Part shown: one piece after another, positions 37,561 to 49,195 of the stretch
Layout: the number at the start of each line of letters is the position of its first letter
Numbering within the stretch: the first letter of the stretch is position 1
Assembly: GCA_973895155.1 (NCBI GenBank)
Contig: OZ316895.1
Span: forward strand, 4,777,181 to 4,841,180
Direction of reading: 5' to 3'
Origin: Marsupella aquatica
Lineage: Eukaryota; Plantae; Marchantiophyta
Length of the DNA: 64,000 nt
Program-made: the position numbers and the translations under genes
The notes under the pieces: generated by a model
What the model was told of the DNA's origin: nothing
The model's input: only the letters and a program-made list of their open reading frames with translations
Databases searched by the model: none

Positions 37561-40500
37561 GAAATATGAGTTGTTCAATTGACAGACAGCGTTGCACTCG
37601 CGGGCTAAATAAAGTCAGCTAATCCCAATTACTCTAGTAGGGCATGTCAAAGTTCTACACTAACCAAAGTGTTATGGTATTAATTATTTGGACATATCAT
37701 CCTTATGGGATATGTATTTTGGTAGCCCATAATGATTTTGTCTTGGTCGAGTTTTATGTCCTGAGCCCCCGAACTGAGTTGAGTTATAGTTACATTGAGT
37801 TATAGCTATGTAAACGACAAAAGGACTTTTTTACCTGGACTATGGACCTTTTATCATTTTACGTGGCCTATGGACCTTTTATCCTGGCCAACATTGAGGC
37901 TAATGTTTGGAAAATCATGTATCAATCATCTTGCACTGCACTATGTTGTTGACATATATATATGGCACTGAAAGCCTGAAAAGATAGGAAGGGAGCCCAG
38001 GAGATCACCCAAACAAAGGGCTCACTTGGGATTTAGTTTGTGCTACCTGTCAGGGGGGCAGGAGAACACCCCAATCAACATGGGATTGATTTTTGTGGTA
38101 ACTGTCCTACACCAGAAATGGGGCACCTACAACCAACCAAATGATGAGAAGGGCTAAGTATTTTTTGTTTTTTGTTTTTTTTTGTTTTGGCTAGGTATTC
38201 TTTGTGTCAATCAAATCTATTGAGATACAGGCTGAATCTACGCTCTCATACTGTGCGGTGGGTTCCCTTTGGTATCATCCTTCGTGCAAAATTTGTTATG
38301 TGCATCAATGAAGAAATATTTGTCTTCATTTTGTATCCATGTGTAAGACTTCGCTTTTCTCAATGAAGTGGGTCCATCCATCCAAAACTTATGGATTAAA
38401 AGAGAGATGCACAAGTCAAATATTTCTAAGTCCAGTGCTGAGAACAATGTCTCCATTCCAATCTCAGTACTTTTATCAGTTTTAAGGGAGGAGTTAGAAA
38501 TTTTTGTGGATGAATCCAATTTTGGAGTCTTGTGAGAACATTACTGTCCTTTTAATCAAATTTTAGGAAAATTCTTGTTCCAAGAATAATCCAACTTTAT
38601 AGTGTTTAAAAATTATAATTTAGGGCTTAAAAACATAGCAGGTGATGGGGGGGGCCTCTATGTAGTGAGACCCCAAGCATCTTTACAACTCTGCATCTAC
38701 AGTAGTTGAGGGGGCACAAGCGGTAACTTGATTTCTATGGCTAACAATCTCCCAAAGCTGCTGAGTGACTAGATCCAAAGCTAAACTCCATCATTGGGAA
38801 GGTCTTCTAGCATGGAAGGGTCCCACATGATGCCTCTTTTCTATTCTCATTAGATGAAGTCAATTCAAATTGCAGGGGTTCACTCGTGAGGTACAGTCCT
38901 TGAACTTTCACAAATTCTCTGCTTGTTGTTGGTATGCACTTACTAAGATTTTCCTTAGACAAGAAAGAGTCAAGCTACACCATATAGACATTAGATTAGG
39001 GGGACTTTACAAGAACTTGAGGATAAAAAAATTAATGAGAGGTCAGTTGTCTTTTACGGTGCCTGATCCATAAGCCCAATTAGACTGTCTCCTGACCAAA
39101 ACCAATGGTCAGGAATGTATATCATATTGACAAGCAATTTGGATATTGAGATCCATTTTAGATTAGTTGTATGCATCTTAAATATCATTATGATTGTCTA
39201 TACAATATTTTAGGTGAACATTAATTTTGATAGGGGCCACAGAAGAGACATCAAACAAAATGATGTAAAACTTTGCACTAATTTTTTCTACATTCAATAA
39301 ACATAAAAATTTATGACCCAAAATGACTTTTGTCATGTACTGTAGGTTAACCCTACAGGCAGCATACAAGACTCAGGCCATAAATGCATAAGGGCCTCTA
39401 GGAACGATTGGTAATTAGAACGTTAAGGCCAGTTTCAGCTTATCACAAACAGGCTATGGATGCTCTGGCTCAGACCAGAATCAGGACTTCTACGATTTGA
39501 GACACAGAATGATTAACATTGCAGAAATTTATGACCCCATCATGAACTCCTTAGACCCTGTATGCATGCACCAATATGAAAATGATGTAAATTGGTGATG
39601 TAGCAGATTTTGATTCTCCCAAATGCTTGTGTAGTGAGCCAGACAGTGCCCCCAACATATTAAGACTGTAGTGGCAAAATGAGAAAAGACTGAAGGATCC
39701 TATCAAAACACCACCTGGAAAGGTTGTCTAAACTTTCAATTCGCCAAAACTAAATTCTCCACATAAGCATTTTTGGGGACCACTCCATTCCATGTAAGAT
39801 TGGGAGAAGTCCACTACAAGTGACCTCTCAACTTCATGTAATATCAAGGTGGACTCTCACTCAATGCTATTGGTTGTGATGAAATCTGAAAGCAGAATCT
39901 TGAAAGGGAAAGCTCAATTGAGTTATCCTCTTGTCCCTGTAAAGTCCCCCTTAGTCCCTGGTCAATTTTCCAAGTAATAATAAGTTTGTGCCATTCACTA
40001 TTTTTCTGTTTGTAATTTTGAGTACATTTAGTGAAATAAATGCAAAGTCAAGAAATGTAGTAGTGCATTGTGAAACTTCCCCTGTACTTTTACTAAAAAT
40101 AGTAAAACTTAAAAATGTCTCAGATTTTAGGTGTGTTCACGTGCTGCTATCAGAGTAGCCCCTCAACACTAATAATTTAATGGGCCCTCAAAACTCAAGC
40201 TAGAGCTCTGTTGATGGCTCAAAATGCCAATAAGCAACACTTTACTATATACTACTGAATGGTCAAACTTGGGTAAGTCAGCACCTCCATCTTTGGACCT
40301 CTTTGATCTTCTTGGGCTTTTCCTTCCCCTCCCTTTATTGGATTCTTTTGCTTTGGGACCATGTCTCCGGGTTTGGCCTTCCTGTCTTTTTGGCAGTGTG
40401 ATATATATATATATAATTTATATAATGATAGACTTACTTGACTATATACATAATATATGCTGCCAAATTTGGGTGAGTCAGCTCCTCATATGTTATTTCC

Positions 40501-41791
40501 AGGATAACCATGGAGGGTGAGTTTAGTGTTATCTCTCACTTGAGCTACTGGTGATTAAAATAGGAGCTCCAAGTGGCTCTAACCCCCTAGGGCTCACCAC
40601 CTTGGGGCCATGAGTTAATCTGACTCTGACTTCGTTGTCCCAATGGAGGTAGGTAAGCTTGGTGATGACTCGGGGGACTAACCATGTGAATTTTATTTTT
40701 ATTTCAACTTTCAAAGTCATTTGTCTGTCTAATTTTATCAACCGCCATCCATCTTTCCACCGCCTTCAATAGCCAGAATATTAAAAAAAATCATATTCCA
40801 GTCACCGGCGCTTTGCCAGAAGTTGGGCAAAATTAAGGTCTTAGTTTAATACCAGAGTCGTAGGATTCAACGCTTCAGGTGACGTTTTCTTCTTGCACGT
40901 CAACTTTGACATTGTCAACCTTTTTTCTCAACAGCACGACCGCGTCTCCTGCTCGAGACTGTCATCAAGTCCACTCTGAAACTCTGGCCCCTTGGTGGTC
41001 CCCCCTTGATTGCGGTCTTTTGCCTGAGTGATCATGTCTCCCGGTTCGGCACTCTCTGTTTTTTGGCATCTCCCGGTTCGGCACCCTCTGTTTTTATTTG
41101 GCAGGTTGATATATACGCTGAAACTCCGTAATTAACATGTTGAAGAGGAGGTCCAGTCTCGCAGAACGTAGTCAGCTCTCGAGCATTTCGCTTCGATTCA
41201 CACCAAGTACTGAGGAGGTTGTGTGGAAGTTTTCAGATGATTATGAAACTTGATTAACGTAAGGCACAATAGTGCGTTTAAATACATGAATGCAGTGGGG
41301 TCCAAGTGCGTGAGCAAAGGAAAACGACAAGTAAACTCTGACCGGGAATATAAGTAGTTGAGTCAGTCTAAGTGGGCGCAGCCAGATAGGACAGAAAGAG
41401 GATCAGAATTTAGATCAGAGTCAAACTGGATCAACCGGACAGCCTACCGACCGGCAGCAAGCTCAAGGTAGTCAGTAAGATCCGATGCAGCCAGAGTGTA
41501 CAGTAACCACATCTGACAGCGAGGCATGGGAGCAGGCAAGAGACAAGACCGCGTGAATTTCAACAGGTTGTAGATGGGATTGAAACTTCGAAGTCGTGTC
41601 TTGGTCAGAGTCTCTGTGAAATCAATGCGCTCGAGCATCTCTACGAGGGGATTGATTCTGCTGATCGTTGCGTCCATCCGTTTGCAGTACAACAGTGCGG
41701 CCGGCCTTAGCGCTTTTCACAATTTTTCGATTGGAACGTCGTCTTTGGGTGCCTGGGCAGGACAACGCCGGATCACAGTTGGAGATTACCA

Positions 41792-43051
41792 GTGATGCAA
41801 TGTAGATATATCTGTATAGATTTTGGTCCTGTAGATGCTTTCATTCTAGTCAACGCATTAATTGTGGCATTTTGGATGGCACTTTCTTATCTGGCAACGA
41901 GGTGGGCTTGGAGAAAATATACAGCCAATTACCGGCAAGATACGGATTTGGTCGAAGTATTGCAAGAGGGGGAACGTCTAGCTTTGATCTCCCTGCGGCA
42001 GCTGAAGAAAGCCACAGATAGCTTCTCAGAGAGTAAACAATTAGGAGAAGGAGGATTTGGGAAGGTGTACTTTGGTGAATTGAGCGACGGAAAGAAAGTG
42101 GCGATCAAGAAAGGCAAGCATGAGGGATCTAATCATTACAAGCAACAATTCTTGAATGAGGTGAGAATTTTGTCACAGGTACACCATCGTCATCTTGTGA
42201 AGCTCGTGGGTTGTTCCTTGGAAAGAAAGATTGCCTTACTCGTCTTTGAGTTCATCTCGAATGGCACACTCCAAGAACATCTTCAAGGGAAGATTGGGGC
42301 AAAACGTTTGGACTGGAAACAACGAGTGAAGATTGCGCTTCAAGTTGCTGATGCTCTCAACTACCTGCACTCTGCAACCAGCACACCGATTTTCCATCGA
42401 GATGTGAAGTCAGCAAACATCCTATTAGATGAGAACCTTAACGCCAAAGTGGCAGATTTTGGAATCTCGAAGTTGGCTCCTGTTGAGGCCACCCAGCACC
42501 CAACTTTTGCAGTCCAAGGGACCTTTGGCTACATAGATCCCGCTTACATCAGCACCGGGTACTTTTGTGATAAAAGCGACGTGTACAGCTTTGGCGTTGT
42601 TCTGCTAGAACTCATCTCCGCAAAGTCTGCCGTAGACATTTCCACGAATTCAAGTCTAGTGAAATTGGCTCAGCCACACGTTGACAGTGGAGATCTTGAA
42701 CTATTGATCGACCCAGCTCTTATGGAGACCTACCATGACCCAATCGACGATGGAAGGGTGTCGATTTTGAATGTGGGAAGGCTGGCCATGGAATGTCTCG
42801 ACCAAAGACAGGAGGCCAGACCAAACATGGAAGAGGTGCGGAGAGAGTTGCAAACCCTGTTCCCCGAATTTCTTGGCGCATCATCGAGGCCCGCATCGGG
42901 CACCCTTCCGAGGGCTATACGGATGCCGATTATCATGACTATGTCCTTAGAAGAAATGGTCCCGCAGTACTCAATATTTCTGATTCCTTTGACGGCTATA
43001 GCTGCAATTCCCAGTACTCCGATTCTAGTCGATCTGCATAATGATGCTTAG
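41792..43051 (+). CDS. Receptor-like Ser/Thr kinase, WAK/WAKL-type kinase domain with TM segment and minimal ectodomain (possibly frameshifted)
   Basis: TM AFILVNALIVAFWMALSYLA followed by RWAWRK; LKKATDSFS, LGEGGFGKVY, VAIKK, FLNEVRILSQVHHRHLVKLVGC, PIFHRDVKSANILLD, ADFGISK, VQGTFGYIDP, DKSDVYSFGVVLLELIS, RPNMEEV. Single exon. The true start may lie upstream (signal-like ORF 41574-41795). Confidence 0.9.
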   Translation: MMQCRYICIDFGPVDAFILVNALIVAFWMALSYLATRWAWRKYTANYRQDTDLVEVLQEGERLALISLRQLKKATDSFSESKQLGEGGFGKVYFGELSDGKKVAIKKGKHEGSNHYKQQFLNEVRILSQVHHRHLVKLVGCSLERKIALLVFEFISNGTLQEHLQGKIGAKRLDWKQRVKIALQVADALNYLHSATSTPIFHRDVKSANILLDENLNAKVADFGISKLAPVEATQHPTFAVQGTFGYIDPAYISTGYFCDKSDVYSFGVVLLELISAKSAVDISTNSSLVKLAQPHVDSGDLELLIDPALMETYHDPIDDGRVSILNVGRLAMECLDQRQEARPNMEEVRRELQTLFPEFLGASSRPASGTLPRAIRMPIIMTMSLEEMVPQYSIFLIPLTAIAAIPSTPILVDLHNDA

Positions 43052-44798
43052 AAAAGTGGCTCAGGTGTCGGGGATCCCATAAAATTAAGTCTGATGTTGA
43101 GATTACAATTCAGGTAGGAATAGTAGCTACTTAATTAGAATTATTGCGTTCATTTTACTTTGTGCTGAGCTAGGGAATGCAGCAATCTGTAGCTTGTACC
43201 GTGCCCACTAGATTAGAATGTTCGACTTCGTTGTCCTCCTGCGCTATTACCGTGTCGTGCATCCGAATCCATGCGACCCTGTAGAGAGGCTAAGGAGAAC
43301 TTTTACCTTACCTACAGTCTAGCAACTAGCTCGCCGTCTTTGAGTCTAGTCGCGGTCTGTTGAGTTTGCTATAAAGTTCAGAAATATGAGCTATTTGTCA
43401 CATTGCTCCATCGCATGGCCTGCATTCGGAGCATTCCCTCTTCTGTAATATATCATCCCTCAGTGAATTGCAACTTACAACGGCGGCCAACCATTGCAAA
43501 AAGCTTCTGAAAATTTATCCCACGGTGTGTATATATATATACATGAGGATGCCCACACAGAAAACCTGTCCGATATAACGAGCTATATAACTAACCGATC
43601 AAAGCCACAGGATCCCATGCTTCACATCAAGCTGAATGGAACTGTTGAACTCATTCAATCACTTTAAGAGGGACAATGCAAAATGCTGGTACAGTCTGAA
43701 ACGGGGTCTCAAATTTATCAATTAATTGACTAGAATTTGTCCAAAAACAGGAGTCCGCCTACATTAGTACACTGTAAGGATGCCTTGGATGAGATCTCGT
43801 CGAGTAATTTGGTAACGGTGCCTAATGATGATCCGTTAACTGGCTGGAGTACGAGAAGTTCCCCTGCCAAGTCGGATGACCATGACATAGTTTTCAGCAA
43901 GTCTAAGATGATTCATGAGGAGCTGAGAAGGAGCTTTGTGGACCAGCTAGACCTCCTTCTAGTCTGATTGGGTTATTGCTAGAATTGAAGGATAGATTGA
44001 CGACCGTCGACTTCCTTCGTCAAATGCGGAGAATGAAGGTCTCCAACGACAAAAAGAATCTGGAGCAACTTGTGAAGGTGTTGCCATGAAAGTAGTCGAC
44101 TAAGTGGATGAAACTGTTAAATGTACGCTACTATCATGTATCCTGTATACCTGATTCGGACTCATATATGCTTCTAAGCTAAAAAGAAACTCAATTGAAT
44201 TTACCATATTGTTGAAATATGTTGACGAAGAAGACGAATTAAAATTTCTGGATGGAGAGAGTATGGTATTGTAATATCCAGACAAATAGCCGAGTTGTCA
44301 AATTTGTCTTCCATAAAAGGAAATATTGAATGTACCGATTGGTTACTATTCCATTCAGTTGGTTTTTTCATAATCAGTTTGGATACCGGAACCAGAAGTC
44401 AAGATTGTGGTGGAAAAGGATCCTGTAAAAACCTCTTTCGAAAATTCGTATCCAAGTTAGAAACGAGTGACTCGGTCAATAGGCATATTGATGGAGTTCG
44501 TGTTCCTTCTTTCCGGGTTTGAAACATGCAAATGAACTCGATGACGAGTAGTCCCCTTTCAGGCTTCCTTTCTATGGTTCTCGTTGACTACTGGTAATTA
44601 GCGGGCAGCCTTCGAAATCTGGTTTATACATGGAAATCTCGTAGTAATTTTGAAGGCTTTGGACGTTGTTAGTTTGTGTCCTCAATGGTCCATCGTCACA
44701 CTGCCGCTCGGGGATTGAGACGCCAACGCCATGATTGATCAAGGACTACAGAGAATTAAAAAGTGTGATGCACGCGCGCGAGTCAACACGACATTCTA

Positions 44799-45008
44799 CT
44801 AGAGGCGGAGTAAACCTTGGCCGGATGGGAAATAGTTCACCACGAGTGGTGGTGACGTCGATGCCGACCTCTGCTTGGGCGCCGCCTGCACTGCTTGTTT
44901 CGAGGTCGTATCATCAGGCGAGTTTGATACTTTTCTGTTTTCGAATAATTTACTGTACCACTTGAAGTTTTTCGGTGAGCTACCCGCATTCTTATCTGAG
45001 GAAGCCAT
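44799..45008 (-). CDS. Small 69-aa protein with conserved-looking C-terminal P-[ILV]-V-V-x-Y-F-P-x(5)-L-x-R-L-type motif
   Basis: ATG-initiated ORF MASSDK...PPLVVNYFPSGQGLLRL*. The C-terminus resembles, from memory, uncharacterised ~70-aa plant proteins ending APIVVSYFP.xS.LSRL. The middle is Ser/Lys-rich and disordered. Confidence 0.6.
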   Translation of the reverse strand: MASSDKNAGSSPKNFKWYSKLFENRKVSNSPDDTTSKQAVQAAPKQRSASTSPPLVVNYFPSGQGLLRL

Positions 45009-45244
45009 AGTCGAAGTACAGTGAAACCTCTTCGCAAGAGATCAAGCCGACTCGCAAGCCGATCGACTGAAATGCAAAAGTTTAGGGTACCACTTTTGAA
45101 TTCACAATTAATGCTGTTGTAATGGAATCTGAACCAGAAGTTGTCGGTAATCGAAGAAGATAGCGGAGTGAAGCGTTGGAACTGCAATAATGACGAACGT
45201 AATGTGTGAGCTGCAAATGCTAATTCAAAACGTATGTAAGGTGA

Positions 45245-45610
45245 AGCTGAGCTGAAATAATGCGTGCGTCTCGATCTAGAACTACTGTACTTGCAATCAA
45301 AGGCCTTGTAAACGGATGCTACAATTGTTGAGTAATGAGGCGAAGCTGAATTCAAATGTCTTTCCAAGCGCAATAACACTCAGTTCTATAATTATACAGC
45401 AGACATGTAGAACTCGGATGAGCTTGAGCTGAAGCGGTGTGTGGGTCTTGATCTGGAACTACTTGCAATCAAAGGCCTTGAAGTAAACGGATGCTAAAAT
45501 TGTTGAATGTATGCAGGGAAGCAGAATTCTGATATCTTTCCAAGCGCAGAAACACTCAGTTATATACGCAGCAGACGAATGGACCTCGGATGAGCTCGAG
45601 AGCTGAAATT
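45245..45610. repeat. ~175-bp tandem duplication
   Basis: ACTTGCAATCAAAGGCCTTG..TAAACGGATGCTA..CTTTCCAAGCGCA..AACACTCAGTT..GCAGAC..CTCGGATGAGC is present twice, upstream of the small-protein ORF. Confidence 0.85.
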
Positions 45611-46093
45611 GGTACAGTACATAACTGTGTTCATCACCGAGAGTACTGGATGTTTCGCGTTGGTGACTCTCATTTCTGCTCAACTCCTCGAATGATCGAA
45701 AGGTGTAACCGGCTATGTTGCAAATATATATTTGACTAGAACATTTTATCTTACTAAAAATTAAAAGGCTTTTTAATTTTTGCCAAAAGACAATAGACAA
45801 TATACAAGATATACTGTGGTAATAAAAATATACTAATTATAATCAGTGGTTAGCTTTTAAATTAAAAAAAGCTTTAAAATATATATTAAAACTTGTGCCC
45901 AGACCGCCAAAAGACAATATAGAAAGATATACTGTAGTAATAAAAATTTTGGCACATTGGGTCAGGTGTCTGAGAGGAGCCTAGGAATGATGAATTAATT
46001 ACTCCTTTTTCACAAAAGCAAAAAGAGGTTGAAAGGATAAGACGAGGAGTAGACAATGTGAATAGCTTATTATAGTGTTTGATAGACACCTAG

Positions 46094-46292
46094 AATGAAA
46101 AGTCTTATTGAGTGACCCCCAAAAGTGAGAAATCTTACTTGAGTGACCCCCAAAATGAAAATGTTGCTAGAGACCACTCAACTGAAAACTGTACTTTGAC
46201 AGACCCCTAAATGAAAAGTGTACATGAGAGACCCCCAAAATGAAAAATGTTACTAGAGGCCACCCAAAATGAAGAGTGTTACTTGATGGACC
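46094..46292. repeat. ~30-bp minisatellite, ~7 copies
   Basis: GACCCCCAAAATGAAAA.TGTTACT.GA unit repeated. Confidence 0.85.
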
Positions 46293-47293
46293 TCAGATAA
46301 TGACTGCATGGATGTAACAACAATTAATATGGCCGCAAGGATTGCATGGCCACAACAATCTCATGGACACAATAACTGCATGACCACAATAATATTTCAT
46401 GGCTGCAAGCACACAAAACATGCCCCAACAACTTACTTGCTCTACTTGCATTTCTTTGTTTTGCCTCAACATCTTCTACGCAACTCACTGCAGGCATTGC
46501 ACTAGTATATATTTGGACATTCGTGTACTACCCTAGTTCCAATTGTAACTAAGGTGTCCCAGGGAACCATAATTTGCTATATTTCCCATAGTGCCCATTT
46601 TGAAATCAAGGGTCCTCATTGTGGAGAGGAACTTAGTGTAACAAAACTAGAGTAACATATTTTGGAAATTCTTTTAAAAGTATTGAGGGAGTATAATTTA
46701 ACAATTTGTTTGAGTCTTGCAAGTGGTTATGTGAGTCCCTCCAAGCACCTTATCAAACTATTGTGTCTATCCTTAGTTTTCTCTCTTCTAAAGAAACTTC
46801 AATTTTCCCAAATTTTCCAAGCTAGTGAGGGCTCCACAAGAGCCATTCTGTTCATCTGTAGGGGCAACCGATGGGCTAACTGGGAGAATCACAGGTGAGC
46901 ACTTGACATTGGATGTTGCGGGCCAACAGGGAGAATCCACTGTCTCGTGAGAACTTGCTACTGGGTGCCAATGGTGTTGACTGGTGCTCATGCACATATC
47001 GGGTGAGGAGATCAGGTGTGTCAGGTAGAGGATAGTGGTCATAGTTAAGTAGTATGGGATGAGCAATGGCTGTGTGTGGGGGGCGGGGGGGGGGGGGGGC
47101 AGGGGGGAAGGGGGTTACTAGGTTGCATCCGGAATGTGAGAATAAGCTGAGTGGCCCAACTTGGAAGCTTTCTTGAACATTCAGGTAGCATAGTTACAAT
47201 CTAGAACCCTGCCCTGTCTGACCTTGGTTATTGTTCCCAAATAGTTTCCAGAAAATATCTCCCAGTTGCATATTTGCAAGCAGATCATGAGAA

Positions 47294-47636
47294 TGTAAAG
47301 CATAGACGACAATCGCAACGGCAAGCCCATGATTCATCTAATGCACAAGAGTCGACATAGAGAGATACGTGGTTCACCTCCACATGAGGCTACGTCCACA
47401 GGACCACACATGAGCTTTACTGCACTCTAGGCCGACCGGCCATACCAAGCATCCACAACGCAAACTCTCTCTATCTCTCAACTAGCTCAGTAACAATGAG
47501 CCTAAGTTCCCTCTCTCCAAGCAAACACCGCTTGGTTATAGTGTGCACAACATGACTAACCTAACCAAGTCTGCGACTAAGGTTAGCCTTAACTACAGTA
47601 CAGTCGTAACTCTAGACCTAAGCGTAAATCCTAACA
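47294..47636 (-). mobile_element. Copia-type solo LTR with 5-bp TSD GAGAA
   Basis: Begins TGTAA at 47294 and ends CCTAACA at 47636, flanked by GAGAA at 47289-47293 and 47637-47641. Contains GAGATACGTGGTTCACC...GGCTACGTCCAC, shared with the 21494 LTR. Confidence 0.85.
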
Positions 47637-49195
47637 GAGAATAGGAGCATGGACTAGAAATGGTTACCCACCTGACCAGTAATCTTCATTCCGTACATAA
47701 GTTTACGTATATGGTTATGGTCGCTCATTGCCCTATTATGGGGTAAGTATTGGGGTGACATATTGTTGACCTGAAGGAGTGGAGGATTGTAGTGGGATGG
47801 GTGGGGAACCCCACCCACTATGTTTACTACTCGGGCTTGCCCATCGGCCCATCGGCCTTGCCACTTTGGCCCATAGTGGGCAAGTATGGTGTGGATGGGT
47901 GTGGATGCTCTAAGATAGACCCATATCCATAATGGGGTAGGGATTGACCATAAACACAGGCTAAGGAGAAGCCACAAACTACAGGAGCCACACGCTTTAC
48001 TGGTTTTTGTGTAAGCCCCATAGCTATGTATTTGTTTTTGAAGGGGAAATTTGTGAAACCCCATAGACCTATGAGTCTCAACCCAACTTAGCTAGTACAC
48101 AACCATGTCTCTCTGGGCTGCTGTGTATAGGATTAAGGACCTACGGTGAACTTTACGAGATATAGGGCGACCATATGCTGATCCTCGTATGCGGGGAGAA
48201 ATATGGGAGACCGAATGCTCGTAAAAGAATATGTAAGTGTTTTATCCTACTACCAGGTTATGTGTTTAATTATGATTGGCTCACAATGACCCTGTAAATA
48301 TTTTCTAAGTGTTTCAGCTTTGCACAGAGTCCATAGATCTTGTAATGAGGCATTAAACTTACAGGTGGAGTTCTATCAATAATTGCTCATCACATGACCT
48401 TAAAGGAGAGAGAGTGTTTTGGAATCTGGTTCCGAGTGCATTGTGTCTCAAGTCCTCCTCATGTCCAGAATTTGCTTGTTGATTGTTACTTTTGAGTTGA
48501 GCATACAAAAGCTCAGCACACATCCTCTAAACCCTAAACCCTAAAGTATCTCACTCTCTCACTCCCTCTGAGTTTCAGATTGGATCGTCTTCAGTTGAAG
48601 GCACTGGGTTTTCCGCGAAAACCCTGCCGATGAATGTGGAATTCACAATTCTTGCCATCCGACGAAGCTGTGGCTTGAAGGTAAATCATCTGTGAATCTG
48701 ATCTACGCCCAAATTTGTGCGCTTTGTCGATTTTTCTCCTGAGCTTTGCTTTAATCCCGTTAGATCTGTGGTGCGGTTTGAGGTGAGTCCCGCAGTGAAT
48801 CACCGCAGCAGGCAGCAATGAAAGGAAAGGAGAGCAAAGCAGGCAAGCAAAGCAGTAATAGGCTCGGAATCTCTAGTCATTGAATTTGATGAGCTGAAAT
48901 TTGAGGAATGGAGTGGAGTGGAGTGGGTTCGATCCAGGCTGACGAGGGGGGCTGCTTCTGGATCCTTCTGATGATGCAGGTGTTTAAATCGTGCCCCTGA
49001 GATTCTTCCACAAAACAGCTAAGGCCGTTCCGAGTCCCAAGATGGTGGATTTGATTTGCTATATCCGTTTCCGGGGTTGCGATTCCTGTATCTCCACGAT
49101 TGGTAGCATTTAAGATTCCCACCGGCAGATTTTGTATACTGAACATAATCTCTCCCTCCTTTGCGCAACGGTGCGAGAGTGGGCATAGTCTGCTA

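Noticed and set aside
46094-46292. CRISPR-like appearance of the ~30-bp repeats
   Set aside because: The units are contiguous and degenerate with no unique spacers, the context is eukaryotic and there are no cas genes.
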